Of a stretch of DNA of 64,000 nt, positions 28,647-37,714 are shown piece after piece (positions within the stretch are counted from its first letter, which is position 1; each line of letters begins with the position of its first letter). Source of the stretch: a bacterium. GTDB lineage: Bacteria > Patescibacteriota > Doudnabacteria > UBA920 > 2-01-FULL-46-14. The translations under genes and the position numbers were made by a program. Location: positions 2,876 to 66,875 of the forward strand of contig JAUYKH010000003.1 in the NCBI GenBank assembly GCA_030700065.1, read 5' to 3'. The notes under the pieces were generated by a model that did not search any database, was not told the DNA's origin, and was given only the letters and a program-made list of their open reading frames with translations.

Positions 28647-29606
28647 ATGATATTGTTCAATCTGTTGATATTCGCCATTGGTGCTGTTGTTTTGTGGTTC
28701 GCGGCCGGTTTGGTAATCAGCGGGGTAAATCGATTTTCCAGAAGCGTCAGGATTTCAAAATTCGCGACTTCTTTCCTGTTGCTGGGGTTGCTGACTTCCA
28801 TAGGTGAAATATCCGTTGGGATAAATTCCATCCTGGATAAAAAGCCGGAGATATTTGTCGGCAATCTGATCGGGGGCTCGTTTGTCATCCTGCTTTTCAT
28901 TGTTCCAATTTTGGCCATCTTCGGCAGGGGAATAACCCTGGGCCAATATCTGCAGCCGAAGAAGCTCTCGTTCTTTTTAGTTTTGATCGTCGCCCCGTCC
29001 TTTCTCATTCTGGACGGATATGTTAGCCGTTACGACGGCCTGCTTTTGATCCTCCTTTATGGCTTGTTTTTCAATCTTTTTCAGAAGTCGGAAAAACTAT
29101 TGGAGAAGCCGGATCTTAAGCAGATGAATGTCCCGCAAACAGAATATAACCTGGCGAAAATAGTCATTGGCGCGATTCTCATTTTTTTGGCCAGCAAAAT
29201 ACTGGTTGACAAAACCATTTACTTTGCCAGTATTCTGGAAATTCCGCCTTTTATGATCAGTATTTTGATTTTGTCGATCGGGACAAATCTGCCGGAACTG
29301 ATAATAGCGGCCAACTCGATCAAAAATAAACAAAAATCAATTGCCTTTGGCGATTATATTGGATCGGCCGCGACAAATTCCCTGCTTTTTGGCACCCTCG
29401 TCCTCATTTACGGGCCATTCGAGGTTGCTTCCAATGGGTTTGATTTTACCCTGTTCATTTTGCTGCTGGGGTACATCTGCTTCTTTTCCTTCGCTCATTC
29501 CCGGAAACACCTGTCCTTGATGCAGGGAGTAGTTTTGATTGTTATATATCTGTTTTTCTTCCTGGTTCAAACTACCGAGATATTTCTGGCTTCTCCAAAA
29601 ATTTAA
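28647..29606 (+). CDS. Calcium/cation (CaCA, YrbG-like) antiporter
   Basis: Alpha repeats 'GLLTSIGE...GNLIGG' and 'SIGTNLPEL...GDYIGS..TN'; about 10 TM segments. Confidence 0.85.
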   Translation: MILFNLLIFAIGAVVLWFAAGLVISGVNRFSRSVRISKFATSFLLLGLLTSIGEISVGINSILDKKPEIFVGNLIGGSFVILLFIVPILAIFGRGITLGQYLQPKKLSFFLVLIVAPSFLILDGYVSRYDGLLLILLYGLFFNLFQKSEKLLEKPDLKQMNVPQTEYNLAKIVIGAILIFLASKILVDKTIYFASILEIPPFMISILILSIGTNLPELIIAANSIKNKQKSIAFGDYIGSAATNSLLFGTLVLIYGPFEVASNGFDFTLFILLLGYICFFSFAHSRKHLSLMQGVVLIVIYLFFFLVQTTEIFLASPKI

Positions 29607-29631
29607 GGCTCAACCGCGGTTGAGCCTTAAA
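29602..29631. repeat. Perfect 30-bp palindrome
   Basis: tttaaggctcaaccgcggttgagccttaaa equals its own reverse complement; overlaps the antiporter stop codon. Confidence 0.8.
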
Positions 29632-29697
29632 AGCCTTGTTAGGAAGCCCTTTGTTTGCTAAGCTTACCGCGTTAAACAGTCCCCATAAAAAAGGGAC

Positions 29698-29781
29698 GAG
29701 GCCCTATCGTCCCCGCCTGACGGCCGGCAGGTAGTCTGGTCTAGCCCTCCGGAGGAGGGTCCGCCTCCGGCGGAGACGCCA
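29698..29781 (+). pseudogene. Duplicated 5' part of tRNA-Glu interrupted by two GC-rich inserts
   Basis: gaggccctatcgtc[20 nt]tagtctggtctag[30 nt]gacgcca; the 34 non-insert nt are identical to 30028-30061. Confidence 0.8.
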
Positions 29782-29790
29782 CCTTGAAAA

Positions 29791-30054
29791 ATGTATTATT
29801 TATACATCATTCAAAGCACAATAAAAGAGTGGAGATATATCGGCAGCACGGCCGACATAACCGAAAGAGTTGCTGAACACAATGCCGGTAAGGTAAGATA
29901 AACCAAGCCTTACAGGCCACTAAAGCTGGTGCATACGGAAACCTTTAGAGATAAAACATCGGCTCGTAAGCGGGAAATATTTTTAAAAAGGACTGCGAAA
30001 GCACGGAAAGATTTGTTTAAAGAAATTGAGGCCCTATCGTCTAGTCTGGTCTAG
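29791..30054 (+). pseudogene. Small GIY-YIG nuclease with an internal TAA (29899-29901), running into tRNA-Glu
   Basis: Manual translation: MYYLYIIQSTIKEWRYIGSTADITERVAEHNAGKVR*TKPYRPLKLVHTETFRDKTSARKREIFLKRTAKARKDLFKEIEALSSSLV*. Confidence 0.8.
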
Positions 30055-30107
30055 GACGCCAGGTTTTCATCCTGGTAACCCGGGTTCGAATCCCGGTGGG
30101 GCTACCA
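30030..30107 (+). tRNA. tRNA-Glu(TTC); integration site of the island
   Basis: GGCCCTA/TGGGGCT acceptor, ACCA end, anticodon arm CCAGG-TTTTCAT-CCTGG, GGTTCGAATCC T arm. Confidence 0.95.
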
Positions 30108-31593
30108 AATCCGATTTTTGTTTCTGATAATCCTGATTTAGTTGATAGATAGGCGACAATTTGGCGGTTCCAAATTGCCGGCCATCAAATTTAACTTTCC
30201 CTTTGAAGATTCTCTGCTGAAAGCGTAACCGAGCCAAATAATCCGGTTCCAATTCCAGCCAAGTCTTGGCCGTGTTTCTCACAAATTTAAAGCAGTAGTC
30301 CAAGGTCTCTTCCATATCAAACTCCTCGTCTGCCTTTTCCCGGATAAGCAGGCGTTTTTGATTTATGCGCTCGTTTACCAAATTTTTTTGCTCCTCAAAT
30401 TCCTCATCCGTATATTTTTTCTGTTGGTGAAATTCAAAAATTTTCTGACGTTGCTGTTCCAAAATCGCTATGTCTTTCCGGATTACGGCGTTTTGCCCGT
30501 CCAGCCGCTTGTAATTGTTTTTCCAGATATCGATCATCACGGCCTTAAAAATTTTTTCATATCTGGGACTTGGGGTGATGCTGTCCAAATACTCCACAAA
30601 AAACTGCTCAAACGTTTCTTTGGGGATAAATTTGGTTTTGTCGCATCCCTGTTTTTGGTGATGGTAATAAGCGTATTTTTGGCTCCTGCCACGGCTTTGG
30701 CTGCCAGTCAGCGACTTATCGCACAAATCGCAAACAACCAACTTGCGCAGCGGAAACAACGGATTGTTTATAGAGTGTGGCCGCGGCCCGGCCGAGATTT
30801 TTCCAAATCCGGGCTGGCAACTAGCAAAAAGATTTTTGGATACAATCGGCTCAAAACTCCCTTCGTATTCCTTGCCCCAAATTTTGATGATCCCGCAATA
30901 CAATGGATTTTTTAGAATTTTTTCCATGAGTTGTTGACACGGAACGGATCCGAAACTGGTTCTGAATCCTCGACTGGTCAAAAGTTCGGCTAGACTTTTG
31001 AAAGTATGCTCGCCTTTGGCCCATTCCTCAAAAATCATTTTGACAAAATGGGCGGAATTAGGATCAGGGGCGATATTGTTACTTTTTGCTGGCCGATAGT
31101 ACCCAACCGGGCATTTCCAGACCCATACTCCTTGTTTAATTCTTTCCAACATACCCTGCACCGTGCGTTCGGTACGCATGTTGTTATCCAACTCCGCAAA
31201 TAATGAAAGCATCTGTCCAAAGGCAATACCAGACGGGCCAGTGCCATACGGTTCTGTAACTGATATTAGCTCTGTGCCGGCCTGCACAAGTAGGTCTTTG
31301 ATGTCAATATAGTCTTTAAGACGGCGGGCAAATCGATCCAGTTTGTAGACAATAAAAACACTAATTTTGTTTTTATTGTCTTTGCAGCGGTTGATTGCCT
31401 TTGTGAATTCTGTCCGGTCGGCAGTTTTTGCTGACTCCCCGCGCTCAACAAACACTTTTAAAACCTTGATGTTTTGCCGCTCCGCGTATTCCCGGCACAG
31501 TCGCTCCTGGCTTGCCAAACTGGTGCCCTCAAGCTGGTCATAGGAGCTCACCCGGCAATAAATCACCCCTGTTTTTTGAGTTGTCTGCGTCAT
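30067..31593 (-). CDS. Large serine recombinase 1; C-terminus overlaps tRNA-Glu antisense
   Basis: 'IYCRVSS..Q', 'VYKLDRFAR', recombinase domain, zinc ribbon 'CDLC', coiled coil; last residues 'LVAPPGFEPGLPG' derive from the tRNA complement. Confidence 0.95.
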   Translation of the reverse strand: MTQTTQKTGVIYCRVSSYDQLEGTSLASQERLCREYAERQNIKVLKVFVERGESAKTADRTEFTKAINRCKDNKNKISVFIVYKLDRFARRLKDYIDIKDLLVQAGTELISVTEPYGTGPSGIAFGQMLSLFAELDNNMRTERTVQGMLERIKQGVWVWKCPVGYYRPAKSNNIAPDPNSAHFVKMIFEEWAKGEHTFKSLAELLTSRGFRTSFGSVPCQQLMEKILKNPLYCGIIKIWGKEYEGSFEPIVSKNLFASCQPGFGKISAGPRPHSINNPLFPLRKLVVCDLCDKSLTGSQSRGRSQKYAYYHHQKQGCDKTKFIPKETFEQFFVEYLDSITPSPRYEKIFKAVMIDIWKNNYKRLDGQNAVIRKDIAILEQQRQKIFEFHQQKKYTDEEFEEQKNLVNERINQKRLLIREKADEEFDMEETLDYCFKFVRNTAKTWLELEPDYLARLRFQQRIFKGKVKFDGRQFGTAKLSPIYQLNQDYQKQKSDLVAPPGFEPGLPG

Positions 31594-31595
31594 AT

Positions 31596-31790
31596 TTATA
31601 TCGTATCCTTTGGTTTTAATTTAGGCAATAACCCAAACGGGATTTTGGAACCGGGCGTTTTGCTGGCCTGCCAACTTTCCAGCGCCAGGTGCCCGAGTTC
31701 ATACAATTCAGCAAGCACCTCTTGGAGCTGTGTGTCCGAGAGGTCGTTCAGGTTCGGATCTATTTGTCTGGCTTGCTTAATTGTTAGCAT
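31596..31790 (-). CDS. Small protein directly upstream of the LSR (directionality-factor candidate)
   Basis: 64 aa, helical-looking, ends 2 nt before the LSR start; function inferred from position only. Confidence 0.5.
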   Translation of the reverse strand: MLTIKQARQIDPNLNDLSDTQLQEVLAELYELGHLALESWQASKTPGSKIPFGLLPKLKPKDTI

Positions 31791-31805
31791 GGGCGCGGTT
31801 AATGA

Positions 31806-32045
31806 TTATTTATGGGGTTTTTTACGAGTAGTTTTACTGTCTTTGTTTCGTTGATAATTTTCTTTTCGGATTTGTTTGAAAGGGTCTTCAATAATTTCCA
31901 CTGGTAAAGTCATACTGATTGGAGAATCATTGGTATATGTCACCTTGATATACATTGTTTCTGCCGCTCCCGCTTCCTGGGCCGTGGCGTCCGAATTTGT
32001 GTTTTGTTTCTGACGTACCTTTACTCTTGCTCTTTTTTTACGCAT
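31806..32045 (-). CDS. Small hypothetical protein
   Basis: 79-aa ORF co-oriented with the replication and recombinase genes. Confidence 0.4.
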   Translation of the reverse strand: MRKKRARVKVRQKQNTNSDATAQEAGAAETMYIKVTYTNDSPISMTLPVEIIEDPFKQIRKENYQRNKDSKTTRKKPHK

Positions 32046-32083
32046 TTTGGTTTAATTAATATGCTGCTAATGACCGCGTCCGC

Positions 32084-32132
32084 CAGTATGGCAAAATTAC
32101 CCGGCCTTAGGGGGAGTAATTTTGCCATACTG
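32084..32132. promoter_or_regulatory. 17-bp perfect inverted repeat; candidate replication origin or terminator
   Basis: cagtatggcaaaattac-15 nt-gtaattttgccatactg, 5 nt past the Prim-Pol/helicase stop. Confidence 0.5.
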
Positions 32133-32137
32133 TATCC

Positions 32138-33895
32138 CTATTCGTCTATTGATATCACCTCAACCTCCGGGGGATTTTCATCAAACGGTTGCAAGCTACA
32201 AAATACCTTATTTTTTTCTCCTCGCAATTCAAACAGCTCGCCTGCTTCGACCATCTCTTTAACCGCTTCCGCGAATGTTTTGTAGCCAACCTGGAGCTCT
32301 TCCCCCAGTATGGCCTCGAATAGCTCCTTCTTATAAAGCACCGGCGATTGCTCTGATAATATGGATTTAATCGCTTCCTTAATGGCCAATTTTTTACTCA
32401 CTGATTCTTCCACCTCGCCGGCGAAACTGAATTCCCAGAATTTTTTATCGCTGACTATGATGTTCAGGCGAAATGGGTTGGTTTCTTCGGCGTTTCGGAG
32501 CTTGACCTGGGTTACCAAGAGCGAATATTTTTCTTCCCGGTCAATTGCGATCAACGAATGTACGGCGGCCAGAATGTCCGAGGAGCCACGAATAGCCTGA
32601 TCCGGCCGGCCCTTTAACCGGCCGTCCTTGCGGTTGTGGTGAAGGATGAGCACGGTGATCCCTTCTTTGCAAAGTTTCCGGAACAGACCGAATGTCTGGG
32701 CGACTTCAGTGGCGCTGTTTTCTTCGCCTCTGTGGACCCGGACAAGTGAATCAAAAATTGCCAGCTTGATGCCGTTGGTTTTGGCAAATGAAATTGTTTG
32801 CTCAATGCGGTCATCAAGTTTGTAGTTGGAGTATGATAAGAGGAAGATTGGCAAAGCGGGATTGGATTGCAGCATGGCAAAACGCTCCTGCAGCAATCCT
32901 TCGCCATTTTCTTCATCAATGATCAAAACCGGGGCTTTGTGTGTGGCAAATTTGCCGAAAAGCGGATCGCCGTTTGCAACTGATTTGGCCACATCCAATG
33001 CAAACCACGTCTTCCCTGATTTTGGGTGTCCGGCAATGATTGTGATGCCTTCGGCTGGCACGAGTTTTTCGACAATCCATTTTTGTTCTGGGAATTTTTT
33101 TGCCATGAGTTCGGAGAGTTTAATGGGTTCGAATTGTGGCGCTTCGTCCGTCTGGGGTGAGCCATTTGTTCTGCGTTGCATTTCCGTACGCGCTATACTG
33201 TCAAAAGTGTCTCTCAATTCTTTGATCGGAAGAGGTGGTTTATTTCTTTCGTTCCATGCGCAAATTACGTCCCATCCGGCGCTTGCCCATAATTCTGTGG
33301 AAAGATCGTGAAGCAGTTTTCCAACGTAACTCGCCGCGGTTTGATTTCTGACACCTAGGTTCGCCCCGGCCGCAATTTGATGCCAGTCTTTTTGGCCGGC
33401 ATAATTTTGGTTTTGATTCAATACCCATTCGGGCAAATCAGCCAAATCGGTATCGCCCGGGCCAACCATCCATTCGTAACGGTTTCCCGATGCATGTAGG
33501 GACGGCGGGGCGATAACATAACCGCCATCGCCCCGAATGTCAGTCAACTCCCTAACCCGCGCCTCGGTTTTCACCAGTAATCCGGGGTGGCGATAATAGA
33601 AGTGCCAACCCCCGCCGCCGGATTTGGCCATAACTGTCGGCGGCAATCCATCCGTACTGCCGTCTTTTTCAACATCTACAGCAACGATGCCCGAAATAGT
33701 TCCAGTCACAATCCCTATATTCAAATTTGGCCATTGTTTGAACCAAGCTTTAATTTCATCCATCCCTGCTCGTCGAGTTTGAAATTCCTGCCACGCGACA
33801 AGTGGACGTTTGTCCTGATCAATGGGGATGACCGACCATCCCTTGCCCAAATAATTTACTGCCGCGTCGTACGCGTCGTAGTTCGGGTTATTCAT
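32138..33895 (-). CDS. Bifunctional primase-polymerase with PriCT domain and AAA_25 (RepA-like) helicase
   Basis: 'GWSVIPI...KRP', 'NIGIVTG', 'AVDVE', 'GGWHFYY', 'DIRGDGGYVIAPPSLH', Walker A 'GHPKSGKT', 'IFDSL', 'LHHNRK', 'RGSS'. Confidence 0.92.
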   Translation of the reverse strand: MNNPNYDAYDAAVNYLGKGWSVIPIDQDKRPLVAWQEFQTRRAGMDEIKAWFKQWPNLNIGIVTGTISGIVAVDVEKDGSTDGLPPTVMAKSGGGGWHFYYRHPGLLVKTEARVRELTDIRGDGGYVIAPPSLHASGNRYEWMVGPGDTDLADLPEWVLNQNQNYAGQKDWHQIAAGANLGVRNQTAASYVGKLLHDLSTELWASAGWDVICAWNERNKPPLPIKELRDTFDSIARTEMQRRTNGSPQTDEAPQFEPIKLSELMAKKFPEQKWIVEKLVPAEGITIIAGHPKSGKTWFALDVAKSVANGDPLFGKFATHKAPVLIIDEENGEGLLQERFAMLQSNPALPIFLLSYSNYKLDDRIEQTISFAKTNGIKLAIFDSLVRVHRGEENSATEVAQTFGLFRKLCKEGITVLILHHNRKDGRLKGRPDQAIRGSSDILAAVHSLIAIDREEKYSLLVTQVKLRNAEETNPFRLNIIVSDKKFWEFSFAGEVEESVSKKLAIKEAIKSILSEQSPVLYKKELFEAILGEELQVGYKTFAEAVKEMVEAGELFELRGEKNKVFCSLQPFDENPPEVEVISIDE

Positions 33896-34058
33896 TTTTT
33901 AGTTCCTTTCTTTTTTTCGGTCTAACTATTTTTGCCATTAGAGCCGATTAATTATTAGCCTTCTACCCTTAATGGCGAAAAATCTGGTGAAATAATGAAA
34001 AACCCCTATAAAAAGGGGTTTTTTGCTAACTTATTTCCGGTGAATTCACCGGGACGGC

Positions 34059-34973
34059 TTAGCTGTCATCATCTTGATTTTCTTCGTATACTGAAGGGTT
34101 TTGCTCATCCAAAAAATCCCTTATGCCAAGCCGATCTGGATGTTCAGGGTCGTGCCCTTGTTCGGGTATCAAATTAATTTTGATTCTGTATGCCTTCACT
34201 TTACGATAATTCTCGAATGGGTCGTCGGCAATCTGGAAATAGTACTTTAGCGCTTGCGACAGTAACTGTTTTCGTTTCTTGTTTTTTCCGCCTAAATCGT
34301 TGACGGTATCCCAGTTAATTTCGCCATTGTTGGCAGCCAATTCTTGCAACAGCTTCCATTGAACATTTGGCTGTTTGTTTTTTTCATTTTCAAACCCCAT
34401 CATCGCGAACGTGGTCTGCTTCCTTTCATCCCGAGCATCTATCATCACCTCGCCCCCATTAAAAAATCTTATAGCAATTTCTTCCCAGCGTAAGCCGGCT
34501 GGCCACTCGGGCAGTTCAATATTTTTTTTGCCTTTTCTAAGAATACTTGGCTTGGCAGGTACGTTGCTTTCCAAATCAGCAAGCATGTCATCAAGCGAAG
34601 CCTTTCTTTCCCTGTAGCCGTCGCCCTGCTTTAATTTTTTATAATATTTTAATAAATCCTCCCGTCCGTATTTTAAATCAATACTTTGGCCGTTTGTAAA
34701 TGCATTGGCAAAATCAATCAGGATATCGGGGTTCTTAATTATGAATAATTCTTCCAAATCATCCGCAATCCCTTGTAGTTCGGATTTTAACAGATCAATC
34801 TTGGCGATAAAATTGCCTGCACCACTAATATGATTCAGCAACGGACGGAATTCGGAAAGAGGAGTTGAAAATGATCGCTTTTTCCCTTTGGCTTCGAGCC
34901 TTTTGCGGATCAAAAAAATTAGCAAAGGATAAAGCAATTCTTTTTCTGGATAGTTAGTGTATACGCTGGGCAT
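34059..34973 (-). CDS. Hypothetical protein, possibly DNA-binding or regulatory
   Basis: 304-aa ORF; basic helical C-terminal region 'KKRKQLLSQALKYYFQIADDPF'. Confidence 0.6.
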   Translation of the reverse strand: MPSVYTNYPEKELLYPLLIFLIRKRLEAKGKKRSFSTPLSEFRPLLNHISGAGNFIAKIDLLKSELQGIADDLEELFIIKNPDILIDFANAFTNGQSIDLKYGREDLLKYYKKLKQGDGYRERKASLDDMLADLESNVPAKPSILRKGKKNIELPEWPAGLRWEEIAIRFFNGGEVMIDARDERKQTTFAMMGFENEKNKQPNVQWKLLQELAANNGEINWDTVNDLGGKNKKRKQLLSQALKYYFQIADDPFENYRKVKAYRIKINLIPEQGHDPEHPDRLGIRDFLDEQNPSVYEENQDDDS

Positions 34974-35539
34974 GCCCTAATTTTACCCTAAAACCACCCT
35001 CCGCCGCCATAAAAAGCATAATCCAGTTAAAAATAGGCAAATTCAGACAAAAAAATGCGAAAGTGGCCGACTTTTTCGGATTGTCTAAATTTTCTGTGAT
35101 CATTGGCCGCGGTTCTGTAAGGATAAACACGGTGCTACTTCAAATATGCCTATGGCCACTGTTTTAACCGGCGGTAGGCGGAATGTACCTAGGATACACC
35201 TAGCTCACCGGCGAGCAACTTGGCGATTTTTTGGAGATTCTTTTTTGGGGATTTTTGATTGCGGTTTTGAAATAATTTTCCAAACCACCGCCCCCCGGAA
35301 TCGGTGAAAATGAACATTTTGCGGAGACAGGGGCCTACACAGGTACTTTCCACAGTTTGTGACTGAAAAAGTCGAACCAGTCCCCCCACTCCCATTCTCG
35401 CCATCCACAATCCTTATACCTTCTCAATGGATTTTTAAGCGATTCCCTGGTCGATAGTCGCTTAAGATCCCCATAATTATGCAGCTTTACGCTGACTTGA
35501 GCGTTCGGCGGCAACGTAAACAAGCCGCCCAAAATAAGT

Positions 35540-35800
35540 ATGAAAGTCAAAACCATTAGGAAAATTAGCTATCGCTCAAGCGACGCTGCCGGTTTGCCCG
35601 TGCCTTGCTTACCTTTGCAAGGCAGGCACATGGAGCAGTACGGCTTCTATTTGGGCGAGACGGTTTTTGTCGCTTATGAACGGGGCAAAATTACCATTAT
35701 CTTGATCGAAAAATCATTAATCAAACCGATTGGGGGTGATCAATATGGAATACAAAAATTATTGCCCTGCGCAGCTCTCAATTCATATTCGCAGAAATGA
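35540..35800 (+). CDS. SymE-like (AbrB-fold) type I toxin
   Basis: 'VPCLPLQGRHMEQYGFYLGETVFVAYERGKITI' fits the SymE pattern P.l.L.G.wle..GF..G..v.V. Confidence 0.65.
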   Translation: MKVKTIRKISYRSSDAAGLPVPCLPLQGRHMEQYGFYLGETVFVAYERGKITIILIEKSLIKPIGGDQYGIQKLLPCAALNSYSQK

Positions 35801-36098
35801 TTTGGGTCAACTTCTTGAACGCTCGACTATGGTAAATTTGAGGGCCGCAACAGCCGAAGAATGTTACCGACTGTTCGAGGACATCAAAGCCAAGCTGGGC
35901 AAAGAACTAGGTGGCGATGCTAGCCCGGTTTCTATGGACGGGAACGCGCCAATCCATTTCCCAGACGAGAGCGTTCCCTGCGAGGAATGCGGTGGCCGCC
36001 TAGTGGCCCGAGTGGCCAAGAACGGCAAAAATGCAGGCCAAAGATTTTTTGGCTGTATCAACTTCCCGCAGTGTCACTACACACAGGCCGTGGCGTAA
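35745..36098 (+). CDS. Protein with a C-terminal topoisomerase-type C4 zinc ribbon
   Basis: 'CEECGGRLVARVAKNGKNAGQRFFGCINFPQCHYT'; GGGGGTG RBS. Confidence 0.8.
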   Translation: MEYKNYCPAQLSIHIRRNDLGQLLERSTMVNLRAATAEECYRLFEDIKAKLGKELGGDASPVSMDGNAPIHFPDESVPCEECGGRLVARVAKNGKNAGQRFFGCINFPQCHYTQAVA

Positions 36099-36102
36099 GG
36101 CG

Positions 36103-36133
36103 AAAAGGCGGTCGGATTTCCCGGCCGCCTTTG
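36103..36133. terminator. Bidirectional terminator between convergent genes
   Basis: aaaaggcggtcgg-atttc-ccggccgccttt. Confidence 0.65.
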
Positions 36134-36157
36134 ATCTCGATTTCTTTTATTTTTTCA

Positions 36158-37705
36158 CTACCTGTACATATAGATATTGGGCACACCTGGCCGATAATCC
36201 ATCCAGACTATTGTATTTTCATATATATCGGGGCTGCTTTGGGTTGTTCCCGGAAAATTGGTCAGTAATGTAGTCTCCCCTGTAACTATGTCATACATCA
36301 CAATATCCCCGGGGTTGTCATAGTAAGTGTCAAACCACACGATTTTTGTTCCATAGATGGCCGGTCCCCCTTGAGATCCTATGTTGCTCGAAAGCTGGGT
36401 TTCCTGGCCCGTGGTAATGTCGTACATGTACACATCCGGGTTATCATTCCGAAAATCCGTCCAAACAATGATGTTTCCGTAAATATCGGGGTGATTCTGT
36501 TGCCGTAAGGCCGTGGTAACATGCGTTTCCTGGTCTGTTGAAAGGTCATACAGATAAATATCAGAATTGCCTAAGCTGTTCCCCGTTTCATCAGGATTGC
36601 GCATGTCGTCCCACACTACTCTGTCCCCCTGTATTCGCGGACATCCGGGCAGGAGGACTGATCCCGAGAGGCTTCGTTCCTCCCCGGTAGTCAGATCCAA
36701 AAGATAAATATCACTGCGATTCGAATTACCCGGTTCATCGCTGTACCGATTGTCTCGCCACACCACGCGGTTTCCGTAAATGTCCGGGCAGGCCAGCTTG
36801 GCCAGATCGCTGTTGATTCTTGCGGTTTGTCCATTATCCGTATTGTATAAATAGACTGCGTCATTCACCCCATATACGATATTGTGCTCATAAACATGCG
36901 GGAAAATCTGCCCCTGGGACTGGACATTTGATATCTGGGCGGCTTCGCCGGTTGCAAGGTTCTTGTAGTAAACCTCCCAGGCATTGGTCCGATAATCGGC
37001 CCAGGCTACAATGTTGCCATAGATTGACGGTGAAAACTGGGGCGCATTGTTCGGGCTAACGGCAGAAATGGTGGGAGCGGGTGGCGGTGGGGGCGGAGGC
37101 AAAGCGATGTTGTAAGCGATGCAGTAAATATCCGCCGGGTGTTTTTTATCAAGTGAAACGAGCTCCAAATTATCCCCGTTGCGCGCGTTGTTATAGCATC
37201 GCAAGGCGGCAAAATCGGCTTCAATATTTTGATCGGGGTTTTCGCTCACCCACAACTTTTTGGGAAAATCTTTTTTCTTGTGAGTCGTGTCGAGGGAAGA
37301 CAAGGGAATTATCACCTCGCCGGACGAATCCGTCAGGGGAGTGAAAAAGACGTCTTTTGTTTGCCGTTGATCGGTTGAGAGCTTGAAGCTCCGGCCGCTT
37401 GTTCGGGCGCAGTTCGCGGGAATCTCGGCAGGATCTACGGGTTTGGGCGAGTATTTGGCCGGGAAATGCGGTCTGGAAGCGCTGTAGTTTGTAAAGTCCA
37501 CGTAATGCCCGCCGGTTTCGTCTTTGCGATCAGCTTTGGCATTTCCCGTAATGTCCTGCCAAGAGGGGCAATTTACGCTTATGAAATGCAACGATGCATC
37601 CGCCGGCGGAGCCGGGTGGGCCTGTGCCGTGGGCAGGATCGCCGCACCTAACACCAGCGCAACACCTCCTCCAACTATCGAGAATACAGACTTGTTCATA
37701 TTCAT
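36158..37705 (-). CDS. Secreted protein: Cys-containing N-domain, poly-Pro linker, TolB-like beta-propeller
   Basis: Signal peptide; repeats 'P.IYGN.IVW.D.R.....DIY.YD..TG.E' as in Methanosarcina-type propeller repeats. Confidence 0.8.
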   Translation of the reverse strand: MNMNKSVFSIVGGGVALVLGAAILPTAQAHPAPPADASLHFISVNCPSWQDITGNAKADRKDETGGHYVDFTNYSASRPHFPAKYSPKPVDPAEIPANCARTSGRSFKLSTDQRQTKDVFFTPLTDSSGEVIIPLSSLDTTHKKKDFPKKLWVSENPDQNIEADFAALRCYNNARNGDNLELVSLDKKHPADIYCIAYNIALPPPPPPPAPTISAVSPNNAPQFSPSIYGNIVAWADYRTNAWEVYYKNLATGEAAQISNVQSQGQIFPHVYEHNIVYGVNDAVYLYNTDNGQTARINSDLAKLACPDIYGNRVVWRDNRYSDEPGNSNRSDIYLLDLTTGEERSLSGSVLLPGCPRIQGDRVVWDDMRNPDETGNSLGNSDIYLYDLSTDQETHVTTALRQQNHPDIYGNIIVWTDFRNDNPDVYMYDITTGQETQLSSNIGSQGGPAIYGTKIVWFDTYYDNPGDIVMYDIVTGETTLLTNFPGTTQSSPDIYENTIVWMDYRPGVPNIYMYR

Positions 37706-37714
37706 ATCATTTAA

